Below are positions 28,201 through 64,000 of a stretch of DNA of 64,000 nucleotides, piece by piece. The notes under the pieces were generated by a model. The model was not told the origin of the DNA. It was given only the letters and a program-made list of their open reading frames with translations, and ran no database searches. The first letter of the stretch is position 1. Each line of letters starts with the position of its first letter. This DNA is from Tubiluchus corallicola (lineage: Eukaryota; Animalia; Priapulida): contig JAQGDQ010000436.1 in the NCBI GenBank assembly GCA_030141605.1, forward strand, positions 133,950 to 197,949. The letters run 5' to 3'. The position numbers were made by a program, and so were the translations under genes.

Positions 28201-30993
28201 GGGGGTTGTGTTGTCTAATGGTCATAGTGTTGGCCTTGTAAACAAAGATCCCCGGCTATGATCATATTCAGTCTCGAGCTTCGACTTTTCACATTTCCTA
28301 CTTTTCAGTTAAATTCGGTTTTCAAATTTGAATAATTGTGGTTCAGATTCTTTCGTGTATGTTGTTTGTTTGAAAAAATTGCACTCTGCTAAAATTATTG
28401 ATTTTTTGTACGCTGACACTTGCAGGTGATATCCTGGAAGCAGAAGTTACCCCTGCAGACGATAATGAGAATGTTGCAAGTTTTAGTGCCACAAGTTGAG
28501 AAGATTTGCATTGATAAGTGAGTTTAATTTCTGCATTTAAGCAAATTAATAGTGGTGTTCTTTGTGTTTTTTACATATCACCCTAAGTAAGGCCAGAGAC
28601 CAGTTTAAGTAGGGGCTACTGTAGAAAAGGGAAGGCATGAGTGCGTGTCCTGAGAAATGGAATCCTTTAATTTACTAGCAATGAGAAGTATCTACTAATG
28701 TTCTTCATGTTATAGTTAACAGCTTCCTGATAAAGAATTCCACACATAAGCAGCTCAAGTGAAGAAAATGGATTTATTAGCAGCTGTTTTCCATCTCGAA
28801 GTGTCCAGGGCAAGAATATAAGAAGCAGCACTAAAACGAGTTCACTACACCTTGCAAAACTGTTCGTCATTCCGCAATGTTACAAGACTTGTTTGAGTCT
28901 GACTGGTTGTGGTCGTTGTTGCGCAATTTCCTGTTGTGTGGTTCCTAATTAGTTCCATATGTAGGATATTTATGAAAATATACTAGAAATTTTGATAATT
29001 GCTAATTAGTAAATAAGTTCTTATAGTTAAAACAAATTATTCGATAAAACATTTATGCTACGTTATAATGTTCACTGGAAAATTAAATTTGCTCTTACGC
29101 CTGGTTTACGCTGAGACATTTGACATCGGACAAAATCGATTTTTTGAGGGCTAAATGTCTAGAGAAAATGCAAAAAGTTTCTGATTTTGTCCATTATGAC
29201 GAACTGAAACAGCAAACGAGGAATTGTGAAATTGCAACTCTGACTGTAGAATGTTTGATTGTACAGGGGATTGACAGATGAAAGCGAGATATTGAAATTT
29301 CTACAACACGGCACTCTAGTCGGACTGCTTCCTGTACCACATCCGATACTAATCCGGAAGTACCAAGCTAACCAGGGAACCAGCATGTGGTTCCGTACAT
29401 ACATGTGGGGAGTCATCTACCTGCGGTGAGTTGTTTCCACATAGAGATTAGTGAGGTTGTAAAAAAAGTTGTTTTTTAATGCATGTGTCACATACGGAAC
29501 GCCAACAGTGTTGTGAGTATAATAACACGATTTGATAACACAATCGACTGTCCTAGCAGCTGTCTTCAGCCATTTTGACGTAAAAATAACAAAATGGAGT
29601 GGAGCGAATGCTTACAAAGCACATAAGTAAACAAACTGACAAAAAGTTACACAGTGAATCCAAAGATGAAAAATACCCACCGTGAACGATGATGATCAAA
29701 TAGCAATCACAGAGCAATAAATAGTCAGAAAATCACCTATGACTTACAAAACAAGAATGTGCTAGAAACAGGAATTTTCCTACTCGACAAGATGTATTGG
29801 GAATGACCAGGAACTGGTACCTTATTAATGATACCGCTCTAAGACTGTAAGATGAGCCACTGTACCATCAGAGGTGTCCTGGCCATGCTTGGGTATATGT
29901 TTACTGGATGAAACAGAAAAAATGTGCCGTAGTTTAGAGTGCAAAATGATTAGAAGCAAGCATTTTGCATTAACATTTCAAAGCGTGACACTACAATACA
30001 TTAACTTTTGGCTGTGGAAGTTAACACTTCATACTTTTAGGAGTTTTTAAGTTACGGCTGAAAAACTTCTGCACGTTAAAAAATTAAACGTTTGAACAGT
30101 AGCTAATCATTAATTGAAAAATGGCCATATTTCACCGTCGACATGCTTAAAACATTCAGTAGTCAATACATGACAACTGAACAACACAAAAATCAACCAG
30201 CTTGCATCTTGGTCATCACCAGAGAAAACAAAGTACTGGTAAAAATTTGTTGTCAAAAGAAAATGGAATTTAATCCTACAAACTAGGGATTGCTGGAATT
30301 CCTAACAACAGCTGAAAAGAGTTGTTTGATGTGAAGGACCCAAGGCAAAAATTATTGAGTAGTGGAACCAAGTACCACTTAAAGAAGTGAGAAACTGTGT
30401 AAACTGTTAGAAGAAACGCCGTGAAAATGCACTTGCTAGTTTGCTTTGGGGGACACGTAGAGCGTTTGCGGTAAATTTTAGCAGTAGCCATCCATGAAAA
30501 TTACTCCTGCATTTTACTCTTTTGACTTGTTGTTTTAAGACTTCTGTATCTGTGGAAAAATCCAAAGAATGACTTAAAATTTTTTGGAGTTTACACACAA
30601 GCGTCTGTAACGCCACTGTGATAATTTTCAAGAGTTTCCATTATTTTCTTCCTGTATTATCATGATCTTGGCACATTTTTTTGGACATCTCGTATATCGT
30701 ACCTGTATGAGACAAACACTAAAATGATCAGAATCAGTATGTTGAATGAAACCACTCAGAGAGAGTAATGAACCTGCTTACATAGAGCACAAGTGCTTAC
30801 CGCTTGGTCATGAACACATTTTAATTTTTTTATACATTTAGTTTAACTTTTTTCGTTAGTTTATTTTGCTGTCTAGGGTCGTCTAAAATCAATGGTATTT
30901 CATGCCATTCGTTTCATTTGTGTTTATAGGAATGTAGACCCACCGATATGGTATGACACAGACGTGAAATTATTCGAGATTCAGCGAATCTAA
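13278..30993 (+). CDS. HID1: HID1 (dymeclin/HID1 family Golgi protein), complete, 18 coding exons, about 825 aa
   Basis: Exons 13278-13343, 14172-14385, 15001-15116, 15463-15501, 15772-15825, 16110-16275, 16579-16823, 17440-17631, 19104-19194, 22358-22509, 23573-23651, 24260-24424, 25053-25289, 26743-26969, 27457-27576, 28426-28517, 29267-29425, 30930-30993. All are GT-AG with continuous phase (2478 nt). Starts MGNTDTKLNFRKAVIQL (myristoylation-type MG), contains LLLSGERNFGVRLN and IIQYQFDGNSNL, ends PPIWYDTDVKLFEIQRI*. Confidence 0.97.
14437..14882. mobile_element. Tc1/mariner (pogo/Tigger-like) MITE
   Basis: TA|cagtaagtccttgcttaacga...tcgttaagcgaagacttgctg|TA, imperfect TIRs with TA flanks. 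Confidence 0.75.
19630..19730. repeat. (GTTACA/GTTTACA)n microsatellite
   Basis: Directly visible 6-7-bp repeats. Confidence 0.85.
19908..20643 (-). mobile_element. pogo/Tigger-like internally deleted DNA transposon
   Basis: TA|cagtggactctcgttataagaatcac...gtgattcttgtaacgagagtccactg|TA. A minus-strand remnant from 20435, MASKRKSRSVSEKVKIIAAY, resembles the pipsqueak-type N-terminus of pogo transposases. Confidence 0.85.
20700..21200 (-). mobile_element. CR1/L2-group LINE 3' fragment
   Basis: Minus frame near 21085-21155 reads HCRTTNYGLNSFRYTGAKLWNNLP. Boundaries approximate. Confidence 0.65.
21765..22304. mobile_element. hAT-like MITE (degenerate)
   Basis: Ends cagtggcagc...gctgctactg; 8-bp flanks taggtgtc and gaggagtc (6/8 match). 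Confidence 0.55.
24516..24685. repeat. 35-bp minisatellite, about 5 copies
   Basis: Unit ttgtttcctatgtgttactcattgtttgtgtacta. Confidence 0.9.
24888..25005 (-). mobile_element. tRNA-derived SINE-like remnant
   Basis: Minus strand ...cttgtaatccaaaggtcctaggttcaaattc (B-box-like). A similar degenerate copy lies on + at about 28200-28335. Confidence 0.4.
25903..26172. repeat. Tandem duplication of about 128 bp
   Basis: agttactgtctagtgtggatg...gtctgaacacgcttgca occurs twice in tandem. Confidence 0.85.
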
Positions 30994-33900
30994 ATATAAG
31001 ACTTGATTTTTTCCACACCTTTCATCTTTGCATTCCTTAACAATGGTACGCTAGTGACATCTGCCAAATAGAAGCCTAACAAACTTTCAGTTTGTATCTT
31101 GGTCGAGAGAGCATCTCTTTAAGTTTTCATTGCTGCATTGCAATATTTGAATCAGTGTTTATATGTCGTGAATGATGTTTTGACTTGATTTTAGCAAACT
31201 CTTCGAAATCACAAGGCATTGTGGCCAGATTCCTGAGTATTACAGGGACATTTAATGAAGAAATTATTCATTTAGCCCAGTATCATTACGCAACTAATTA
31301 AAGTGGAACAAATGTGCACTAAAACGTTTTTAAATGACAATTTTCAATTTTTTACTTTCCTCGTTTTAGAGTTTTTTGTGTCCTCTTCAAAGATCCTCAT
31401 GTTCTAAAAACTGTATGTCATCCTGCATGTAGGGGCATTTTAACCAATAGGCTAACTAGGCTACTGCCTAGGGTGCCAAAGCTTGAGGGTGTCACATTTT
31501 AGAAAAAAATCTGATTATCCTCGGAAAATGTGTATACTTTCATATTCATGTAAAGTGCACATCTTATAACTCACCACAGGCAGTTACTGAGGGCAGCTTT
31601 TATATAAGTGCCACGTAACGGACAGGTGCAAGGTATTACACAACAAGTAGTTGCGCAACCTGCTTGAATATAAACCCTATGAAAATACATGTAATTAATA
31701 ATAACCGTGTGTAAACTACGTTGATAGTGTTTCTAATACACCACAAGTAATTGTTTGATCTGATCTTTATATAAACGACCATAAATTAACAATAGAGATG
31801 GATTGGACAGAACGATTATTCTAGGGCGTCGTAAAGTCCCTGCCTGCAAATGCTGATAATAATGCAGCACATGCATTAAAGTGTTTAACTAAGAAACAAC
31901 TTTCTACGAGTTAAAGTAATAGTCATTAACGACAAGTATTAAGCCTGACTTGCTCAGTAATACGATATTTTCTAAATCGCTTTTGATTTATGAGCTAGAT
32001 TTTCTTCATACATGTAAACTGGCATCTTAAAAGTAAGTCCTGTTTAATTTACGTGACTTGTGTCAGGACCACAATGTAGCTGTTTATCAAGTACAATCCT
32101 CTGACATGAGACGCTAAACCTGTAGAGAATATTCTAGATGCACATATATATTTGAAGACCTTCTCTTTAAATGAGAACACTAGAGGCAGTATGATAAGCC
32201 TGTCGAGAAGAAATTTTTCTTATAGTCACCTATTCATTTTTTGTCCAGGGCTAGCATTATTTAACTTTACCGTCAAACATTATGATCTCTCAGCATACCT
32301 ATTGAATTTAGGCTTATTTTGGCTAATACTAATCAATCTTAAAACTTCAGTGTGACCTGATTGGCTCAATTTTTTGGCTGCACAATTTAATCATTCATAG
32401 ACAATTATATTAATTATACCTATTTCTCTATCCTACTAATCACATTCATGTTCCGCAAAAATGATTCAGAAAAATTGAAGCCGTATTTACTGTTATGCAC
32501 TCTCTCTATTAAAATTTTAAAATGACATTAAAATAAGTTTTCTTTGTTAGCTAGTATGGATGTGTTCCCTGGTAGTTACAAATATGCTGTACATTTTCCA
32601 GTTAGTAAACAGTATTGTCATTGTTTTGTAAAATTTTGTTGATACCTCCTTGTCTGTTACTCTCTGTCCAGTTGAATTTTTGTTTATATTCGTATTATAC
32701 AGCTGCTTGAAGAAAATAAGGTGTTAAAATCACATGAAATATCATACTTTTAACAAGCGATTTTTCCTATATAGTACTTTTCAAACTGTAGTGAACTAAA
32801 TGTGAATGTAAGTTGAGTGGATTTCAGCGGTTTTTGTAGATAATAGTTTTCTGACGCATTCCAGTAACTGTAGACATAATATACGGGGAAGGGGAATAGT
32901 AAAGGAATAATTTCATGTAATTTTACAGGTTCGTCCAGCAAAAATGTTCCCTCAAATTAGCTCATAATCCTACATTTTGGTAGAGGTGTGTAGAAGAGAT
33001 CGACATCAACTCGTAGCCCGGTTTCTCCTCTTTTTCCAATGAACTGTAAATTTCGGCTTTAAAGAAAAACAGCTATTTTTCAAGCATCTGCCACTCCCAG
33101 GATAGCGGGACTAGAAGTTATTTTGTGGGAATGTTTTTTTAGACGACCCTGCATATGTGGCACATGTATAATGGACAAACAGTCAGTTTTTGTTTTGCCA
33201 ATTACAGGACATAGATGTCTCAGATACCTCGTAATAAATACTTTTTACCACATGCCTGTAACACTCAAATTTTGAATAATTATTATCAATACATGTATGT
33301 GCTTTCAAATTGTCCCCATTGTGGAATGAATTATTTATTATCCTAATTTTAAGATTATTGATTATTAGAATAAACACAGAATTATTGAATTTTTGAAACC
33401 TTTCCTATACTTCCGTTAAGTTTAGTTTCAAAAAATCAATAATTGCGGTTCGTTTGTTCTTATCTTTAAAACTGTCTTAGCGTTATTTTTTTGAAGTTAT
33501 AGAACTTGATTTCCTGGCACAATAAGTGCAAGCGATTTTGTTTTATTATGGAATTATCAGTATCTTCAGTTTGATCAAACGTTTTCCTTATGTGGTCAAA
33601 TCAAATTATGCAAAACCTCCTTACAATTTGTGCTGTGCCATTTTGAATGAATTCTTTCTTTTTTTTGATATTTAATGCACAACACTATGTATTATACATA
33701 TTGTAGTTGTATAAATGTATTATATATACAGTAAATATTGTATTTATTTATTTGAATGTATTTTTAAAGAATATCTTAAAGAAAGACAGCATTGTGTATA
33801 CATTGATGTATAGGTTGTTGTTTCGTGTAATAGACGTAAGCATTGGATAAACTAGTTCGATTGTTTATGTGATATTTCTGGACAAAAAGTACGCAAAAGT

Positions 33901-34519
33901 GTTTGCTGCTGATTACGCCATCATTCAGAGGGTATAATTTGTGTAGTAATGACTGCAAATTCTGTATTGCGTAGTCTTTTTTGAATCCTGATGTTTAGAA
34001 GGTAAAAGCTAAGTTGCTTCATCTAAGCATATCTAGAAGACAATTACTTCTGTTAGTTCAATAACTGATTCTAGGGGCTTTGAAGTTGTGGTATTGATCT
34101 CAGGAACTAATTTTGCTTTGTTAAATTCATGGTGTATTCACCCTCAGATCACTTTGCACTGGTGAGTAGGGATAAAAAATATCCAATACTGTGACTCCAA
34201 TATTGGCCACATGCTGTGGTTCGTGGTCATCTTGTGCCCATAGATGTTACTGAGTTACTGGTTTTTCTACTCACGTATAACCAGTAATTAGGGAAGCCCT
34301 GTAGATTCAAGGGTTGTAATGAGGTGAATACCTGTAAGTTTAATTGCAAGTGTTAGCAAGTCATGTGACACAGCGGCCAGGCAGTGCAGACATTTGAGTT
34401 TGTGGCCAGTGATGGAGTGACAAACAGTTTGTGTTTCATTGATGTAGTCTCGTTTGCGAGCGTACCTGATTGCATACACCTGAGGTAAAGAGTCACACTT
34501 CTTGCCTGTCATCTAAACA

Positions 34520-37500
34520 ATGCCAAATCGTGCACCAATGAAAAGTGGTAAGTTGTTATGATTATTTTTTCATTGCTGAAATTTTTTACGTATCAATTTG
34601 AAAATGCCTACAAAAAGATAACTAAATAAAAGTTATGATGTGAAACATGCATGTATCATCGCAGTCAGGAAGCAGAAGAAAGGACTTTGTTAGGTGCCTG
34701 ATGCACAGTGGAATTCCAAATAGTCAAAGAAAAATGATTAAAAAGCAATGGATTATTGGACAATTTAAAAAAAGAAATCAGTATAGCAAACTGGGATAGA
34801 AATGATGGGTAACAGAATGTTTAAGAAAGGAAGTTTGGGAAAATTCTACTTAATGAGTTAAGAGTTTACATCAGTATGTGACAACACAACTGTTTAATGT
34901 TAATCACATTGTCCATTGTATTGATACTTTGTCGTTAATCATCCAGTTGCAGACAAACCACTCAAATCACACGTTTCTCCTAGTCCTTTAATTGCTTACG
35001 TATCCTGCTAGCCTATGGTCTGCCATTTTTTAGATATTTTGTATAGTGAGTTGTTAACAATATTAGTTGTTTGGCACAAATTTTGTTGTAAAATTGAATT
35101 GTTGTCAATTTTTAGAGGTCTTCGCATCCAGCTCGAATCTTTCAACATAATAAGTAGATTTTTCTCAAATGTTACACAAAGGTCCTTGCACAAGTACAAC
35201 AGTTTATACAATTTTTTGCTAAAGAACTAGGCTTCGTGTAATATATGCTCATAACAGATTCAAATAGGTGTAATAATAGGGCTATTCTATTGCTTTAGGT
35301 ACTTATCAACTCAATCAGCTTGGTAGAAGGTTCAAAAACGGAAGACCATTACCGACGGAGCTGCGTCGCGAGATTATTGCCATGTTCCTGCGTGGCGTGA
35401 AACCTTGCGTAATAAGCCGTCATCTCCGAGTATCACATGGTTGTGTGAGCAAGATACTTAGCAAGCACCAGGTATGTTCCATTAGACTGCGCGGAAAAGC
35501 ATTCAGAAATTGGCAATTATGAAATTACTGATGCATAGGTCACTGCATTTGCAAAAGGACAATGTGAGAGAGTCTCACTTGCAAAATATGAATTCCTCAA
35601 ATTTGGGCGTCATTTGTCCCGGCTTGTACTTGGATAGTGATATTCTATATTGACCAGGGGACGGTTTCGCAAAGCCGTCACTAAGTTAACGATGTCGTTA
35701 TTACATTCAATTCACTATTAATAATGATGTCGTTAAGTCAGTGACGGCTTTGTGAAACTGGACCCAGGGTATCTTTATTGAAATGAACCCTTACTTTGTC
35801 GGGGGTTGCGTTCTCTAAACTTAACTTTTGTTCCATTATATGCATGTTTGTTCAGATAAACTTCTTCAAGAATTATTATGATCCTTTTTTAGTTTAGAGA
35901 CTTACTTCCAGGAAAGCCTAATAAGCAACTCCTGCTTCGTATGAAATGAATATTAGTAAAAATATGTGAGCGCATTAAAACAATGGGAGAAGTAGTATAA
36001 TGCTTTTGATGTATTGTGTTAATTTAGTTTGACTGTGACTGTGAGAAAATATTTTTTTTTGCTTAAAGTTACAAATGTTGTTGAGAAATGAATACGGGCT
36101 ACATAATTCTTACACTTTTTTATTGTAGGAGTGTAGTAGCAGTAATCAGTCGCTGGTTAACAGTGATGATTGCGTTACAACCCTGGCATCATCCACAGAA
36201 AGTGGCAATCTCGTTGGGTCAGTGACTGGAACTTATCAAGGTTTCCTTTCTGCTTCTGTTATAAAGCAGAACTTTATACTTGATTATCACTCTTTATGAT
36301 TTTGTGCATAATTCTGAGTGACACATGTTCTGCTGTAGTCTGAAGCTTAGCCTCACATCAGTGCAGTTTCGTTTGACCTGGGTGCTCTGTTGACTTTTAA
36401 AATTTCGCTGAACAGCTATATGATTTTATTTTAAAATGCCCTATTTTTCAAAATCTTAGCTTAACTGTCATATTACAAAATTGTTACGTTTGATTCAGTT
36501 TTGTAAAGTTTTATCAAATTGACGCATTGCGAGTCGTTATGGGTGTAACTATAGTTAAGCGTGTGTGCTATAACTTCTAGTATGTGTCTGTACGGCATTT
36601 TATCGCTTTCTACATAGCTAATAGACACCTCATTTATGCCATCTGTAGGTGTAAATCACATATTGCGCAACAGAGAAAAACTTTTTTTGGAAAACAAACA
36701 TAGACGAAAACGACTATCATTCACATTGCAACAGCTGAGCAGTTTAGAAGCAGCATTCAAACAAACGCCGTATCCGGACATCGCTATAAGAGAAGCACTT
36801 TCTCAACACCTGAATCTTACCGATACGAGAGTTCAGGTATTATGGTATAATTAGCAGTAAATTACTACTGCAGTTTAGCATGTGGTGTTATAATCCTGTT
36901 GCAAGCTGTCTGTTGAAAGCATGATCTAGCTTTCTCGTACAGTTGACAGAATTAGTTCCCAAAATTCACAAGTTAGTAAGCTAGAAGCAATTTCACGAAT
37001 TTTGTTCTTGAGCCAATGTATAAAGCTAAGTTTCTGAGACAGTCAGTTTGTCAACAGATAAACAAATATTGGTTACAACATTAGATCAATTGCTGTTGTC
37101 TATCTGTGTACTAATTAGAGGTAGTAATGCTTAACTTTGGCAGTTTGGTTCTGAGATATACCACTTGCACGGTGTATACAAGTGGTTTTTTTAGAAATGG
37201 AGAGTGCATTGTGCAGACTGAATATCATTTCTTTTTATGGACAAGCTGAAGACTGAAGGGGGGTTACAGTTGTTGGGAGGTTTAGAAAGTTAGACTGCAT
37301 ATCAAATTTTAAGCGCATGCCTGAATTCCACGAGTGTATTTCAATAAAGTTAAGACATTTATTTTTAGATCTGGTTTAGTAATAGGAGAGCAAAGTGGCG
37401 AAAGCAAATGAGAGTGACATCTGTTATGGGAATGGAAAATTACACAGGAACCTCTGATTCTCCTCTCATAGCAGGTATGCTGAAATCAGTGCTTTTATAA
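34520..37500 (+). CDS. Divergent Pax3/7-like transcription factor: PAI subdomain plus S50 paired-type homeodomain, RED subdomain absent (about 204-210 aa)
   Basis: Exons: 34520-34547 ([10 protein letters not shown], donor GTAAGT); 35299-35471 ([57 protein letters not shown]); 36129-36240 (Ser/Thr-rich linker); 36649-36836 ([46 protein letters not shown]); 37369-37474 ([13 protein letters not shown]...). All phases join and the VQ|IWF intron is at the PRD-class position. The end is uncertain: read-through to TAA at 37500, or a splice from 37474. Confidence 0.88.
35655..35765. mobile_element. Hairpin MITE, about 110 bp
   Basis: Inverted arms gtttcgcaaagccgtcact...agtgacggctttgtgaaac. The same arms bound 57781-59190. 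Confidence 0.75.
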
Positions 37501-37662
37501 AGTTACTATAACTTAAACCGAAATTTGGTATTAATTGACAGTTTAAAGCTTGTTATTATGAGATGTCATGAAAGTAGTGCTAATATAGTTCTGTTTTTAT
37601 GCTTTTGTACATGTAGCACTCTTACAGTGTTAATTTAGTGTCTAAAGCTTTTCTCTAATGGA

Positions 37663-37812
37663 TAATAATAATAATCTTTATTTAAAGTCGGCTTTTGGGT
37701 CAACAATTAACATTAGCTCAAAGAGCTATTATCGCCGACACTATATAACAATCTACAACTACATAACAGAGACTATTATTACCCCACTTTTACCCTAAAT
37801 ACCATGCAAGGC
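37663..37812 (-). mobile_element. 5'-truncated copy of the SINE at 49372-49693
   Basis: Reverse complement of about 49485-49635, including the (ATT)n tail. Confidence 0.8.
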
Positions 37813-37814
37813 AA

Positions 37815-38652
37815 TTAACGTTATTAGCATATTTATGTACAACACCAGGGATGAGAATTTTCCGCGGATACGCGGAATTCTGAGTTTTTGGAAGACCAGT
37901 AGTGCCATTTTTGTAAATTGCGTAAATTCGTTGAGAAAATTTTTTATGGACCCGGTACATTATTTCACAAGTTGACCGCTAGGTTGCAGGCCGTCACTTT
38001 GTTTACATCACGTACATCAGTGTAACCACGTGTATATCTCTATGTATAAAAATATAGAATCAATTGTGCGGAGTTATTTGAGTCAATTACAGACAGTTTT
38101 TATATACTTTTGCATAGGGGAGCGGCCAGTACTTAGACATTTTTGAGACAATTAGGTATCATGTATCCTTGATAGTTGAGTATTTTAAATTATGCATGAA
38201 ACAAGGTAATTGATATTTTAAGTCCACTTAGAGGTTCTCTATGGTCACAAAATTGCAATTTGTTGCTGCCTACGCAGCCTCCAAATGCCTGTTTCAGAGT
38301 TTTTTGCAATTTGTCATTCTCATCCCTGCAACACTGAAACATGGGGTTTAACGACTTTACTCAATAAGGACAGATTGCCGCATTTCATAGAAGTTTTCTA
38401 TGGAAAGTTTGAAAGACAAGATGACCATATGTAGTCAAAAATAAAGATTTGTTCACTAGAACGAAAGAGTTCAAAAGTCAAGCACTGAAGATTAAGAGGG
38501 CTAGGTAAGATCAACTTTAACCATATTTAGCTTTAGGAGTGGAAGAACTTGTGCTGTTTGCTGCAGATAGGTGCAGTGCTGTAATGAATGTTATAGCCTT
38601 GATGTCTGCAGTAAGTGAGACTTTCAAGAAGAAGAAGAAGAAGAAGAAGAAG
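37815..38652 (+). mobile_element. RTE-like LINE remnant with (AAG)n tail, interrupted by a MITE
   Basis: VISIFMYNT|ETWGL is split by the MITE at 37846-38328. The sequence is similar to 1140-1570 and ends in about nine AAG repeats. Confidence 0.7.
37846..38328 (+). mobile_element. MITE with CAGGGATGAGAAT TIRs, copy 1
   Basis: TIR cagggatgagaat...attctcatccctg; flanks caacac and caacac. Confidence 0.9.
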
Positions 38653-38815
38653 AGTATTGTAATATATATTACAATATGTAATATAGAAAGATATACCATA
38701 CCGTTGAACCCTATGATTTCAAAATGATTCTTCAATTTAATGATAATGAAAAAATATCAAATAAATGATAAGAGCAGAATAATTAGATAACTTTATTTGG
38801 TTTGTTTCTATACAG

Positions 38816-63115
<24,300 letters not shown>

Positions 63116-64000
63116 GTTGGTAAAATTTTGCTTCTTTTTCTTCTTCCTTTATCAATTTTATTTTCATTATATATTTAGATTAGTAGGAAGATCCAGTTTA
63201 ACGTTTTTTTGCAAAGCAGCAAGTATTGTGTTTGTTAGCAAAAAGTTCAGCTAAGTTGAGATTTGGATTGAACTATTTATAGATAAATTGATTCATAGAT
63301 GATTATCTTAATTTAAAAAAATACATTTGTAAAATTAGTGATTAACAAAAACAATTCGTGTACACGATTTACACTTCTGCTTACGTAGTGGTGTCCGTAA
63401 AAGGATTTTAGGTTATTTTATTACGTCAGTGTTCACTCGTTCTGTAACCCCCCCCCATACTTTTAATTTAGTTTAGTTTATTATTATCCAATTCAGTACA
63501 ATATAATGACCTTAAGCACACAGTCACATCAAAATTATTACATCTACTGTATCAAATTGTTATGTTTCATACACTATCGTTATCATAAAAGAATAATTGT
63601 ACTGCAGTGGGCTAGAGAAGCAAAGGCTTGTATAAGCCCACTGTCATGTGAACCCGATAAAAAAAGGAATGGATGAGTGAACAAAGAAAGAACTGGGAGA
63701 AAGGTTAGATCACACAGGAAGGGTAGAAGGATGTGTTAGTGGAAATGGTAGGAAGAAAGATAATAGATTGTGCTATGTTGACATCAGCTCTAAAGATTTA
63801 TCAATGAGGCCTTGTTCTGCATAATCTGTACCAGGATTTTTTTAAGCTATACTGTCTTTTTAAAGCTGCATTGGTTATGTATGTCTTGACTTGGCTTCTT
63901 CTTGTCATGCTGTACTCACAGAGCTAGTTTACCTGGTCTGTTGGCAGTCTCTTCTTGGCTAAGAGAGTCGTTGTTGTTGTTGTTGTTGTTGTTGCTGTTT

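Noticed and set aside
35299-35471. PAI exon as a Tc1/mariner transposase remnant
   Set aside because: It carries Pax-specific NQLG, NGRPLP and [10 protein letters not shown] motifs, has clean splice sites in phase with a Pax-type homeodomain, and has no DDE domain or TIRs.
36228-36240. GTYQ (acttatcaa) repeated at the end of the Pax linker exon and the start of the PAI exon
   Set aside because: Only a 9-bp match with no flanking similarity, so it is compatible with chance.

Overview
AT-rich, intron-rich animal (invertebrate-like) genomic DNA, not prokaryotic. Most entries in the ORF track are spurious or exon fragments. I assembled five genes by hand from GT-AG boundaries and phase continuity. 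(1) The last five coding exons of DDX47 (+, 771-4725). (2) A two-exon gene for a secreted LRR-like protein (-, 8547-10586), flanked on both sides by co-oriented Helitron-like repeats. (3) A complete 18-exon HID1 gene (+, 13278-30993, about 825 aa). (4) A small, divergent Pax3/7-like gene (+, 34520 to about 37500) with only the PAI half of the paired domain joined to an S50 homeodomain. (5) A REJ-domain polycystin-1-like gene (+, 38816 to beyond 63115) with 13 in-frame exons but no visible 5' end. Introns carry many MITEs, LINE remnants, tRNA- and 5S-derived SINEs and minisatellites. Best leads: the RED-less Pax gene, its junction with the headless PKD1-like gene, possible Helitron capture of the LRR gene, and a minisatellite built from a splice donor. 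Family names come from recalled motifs; no database search was run.
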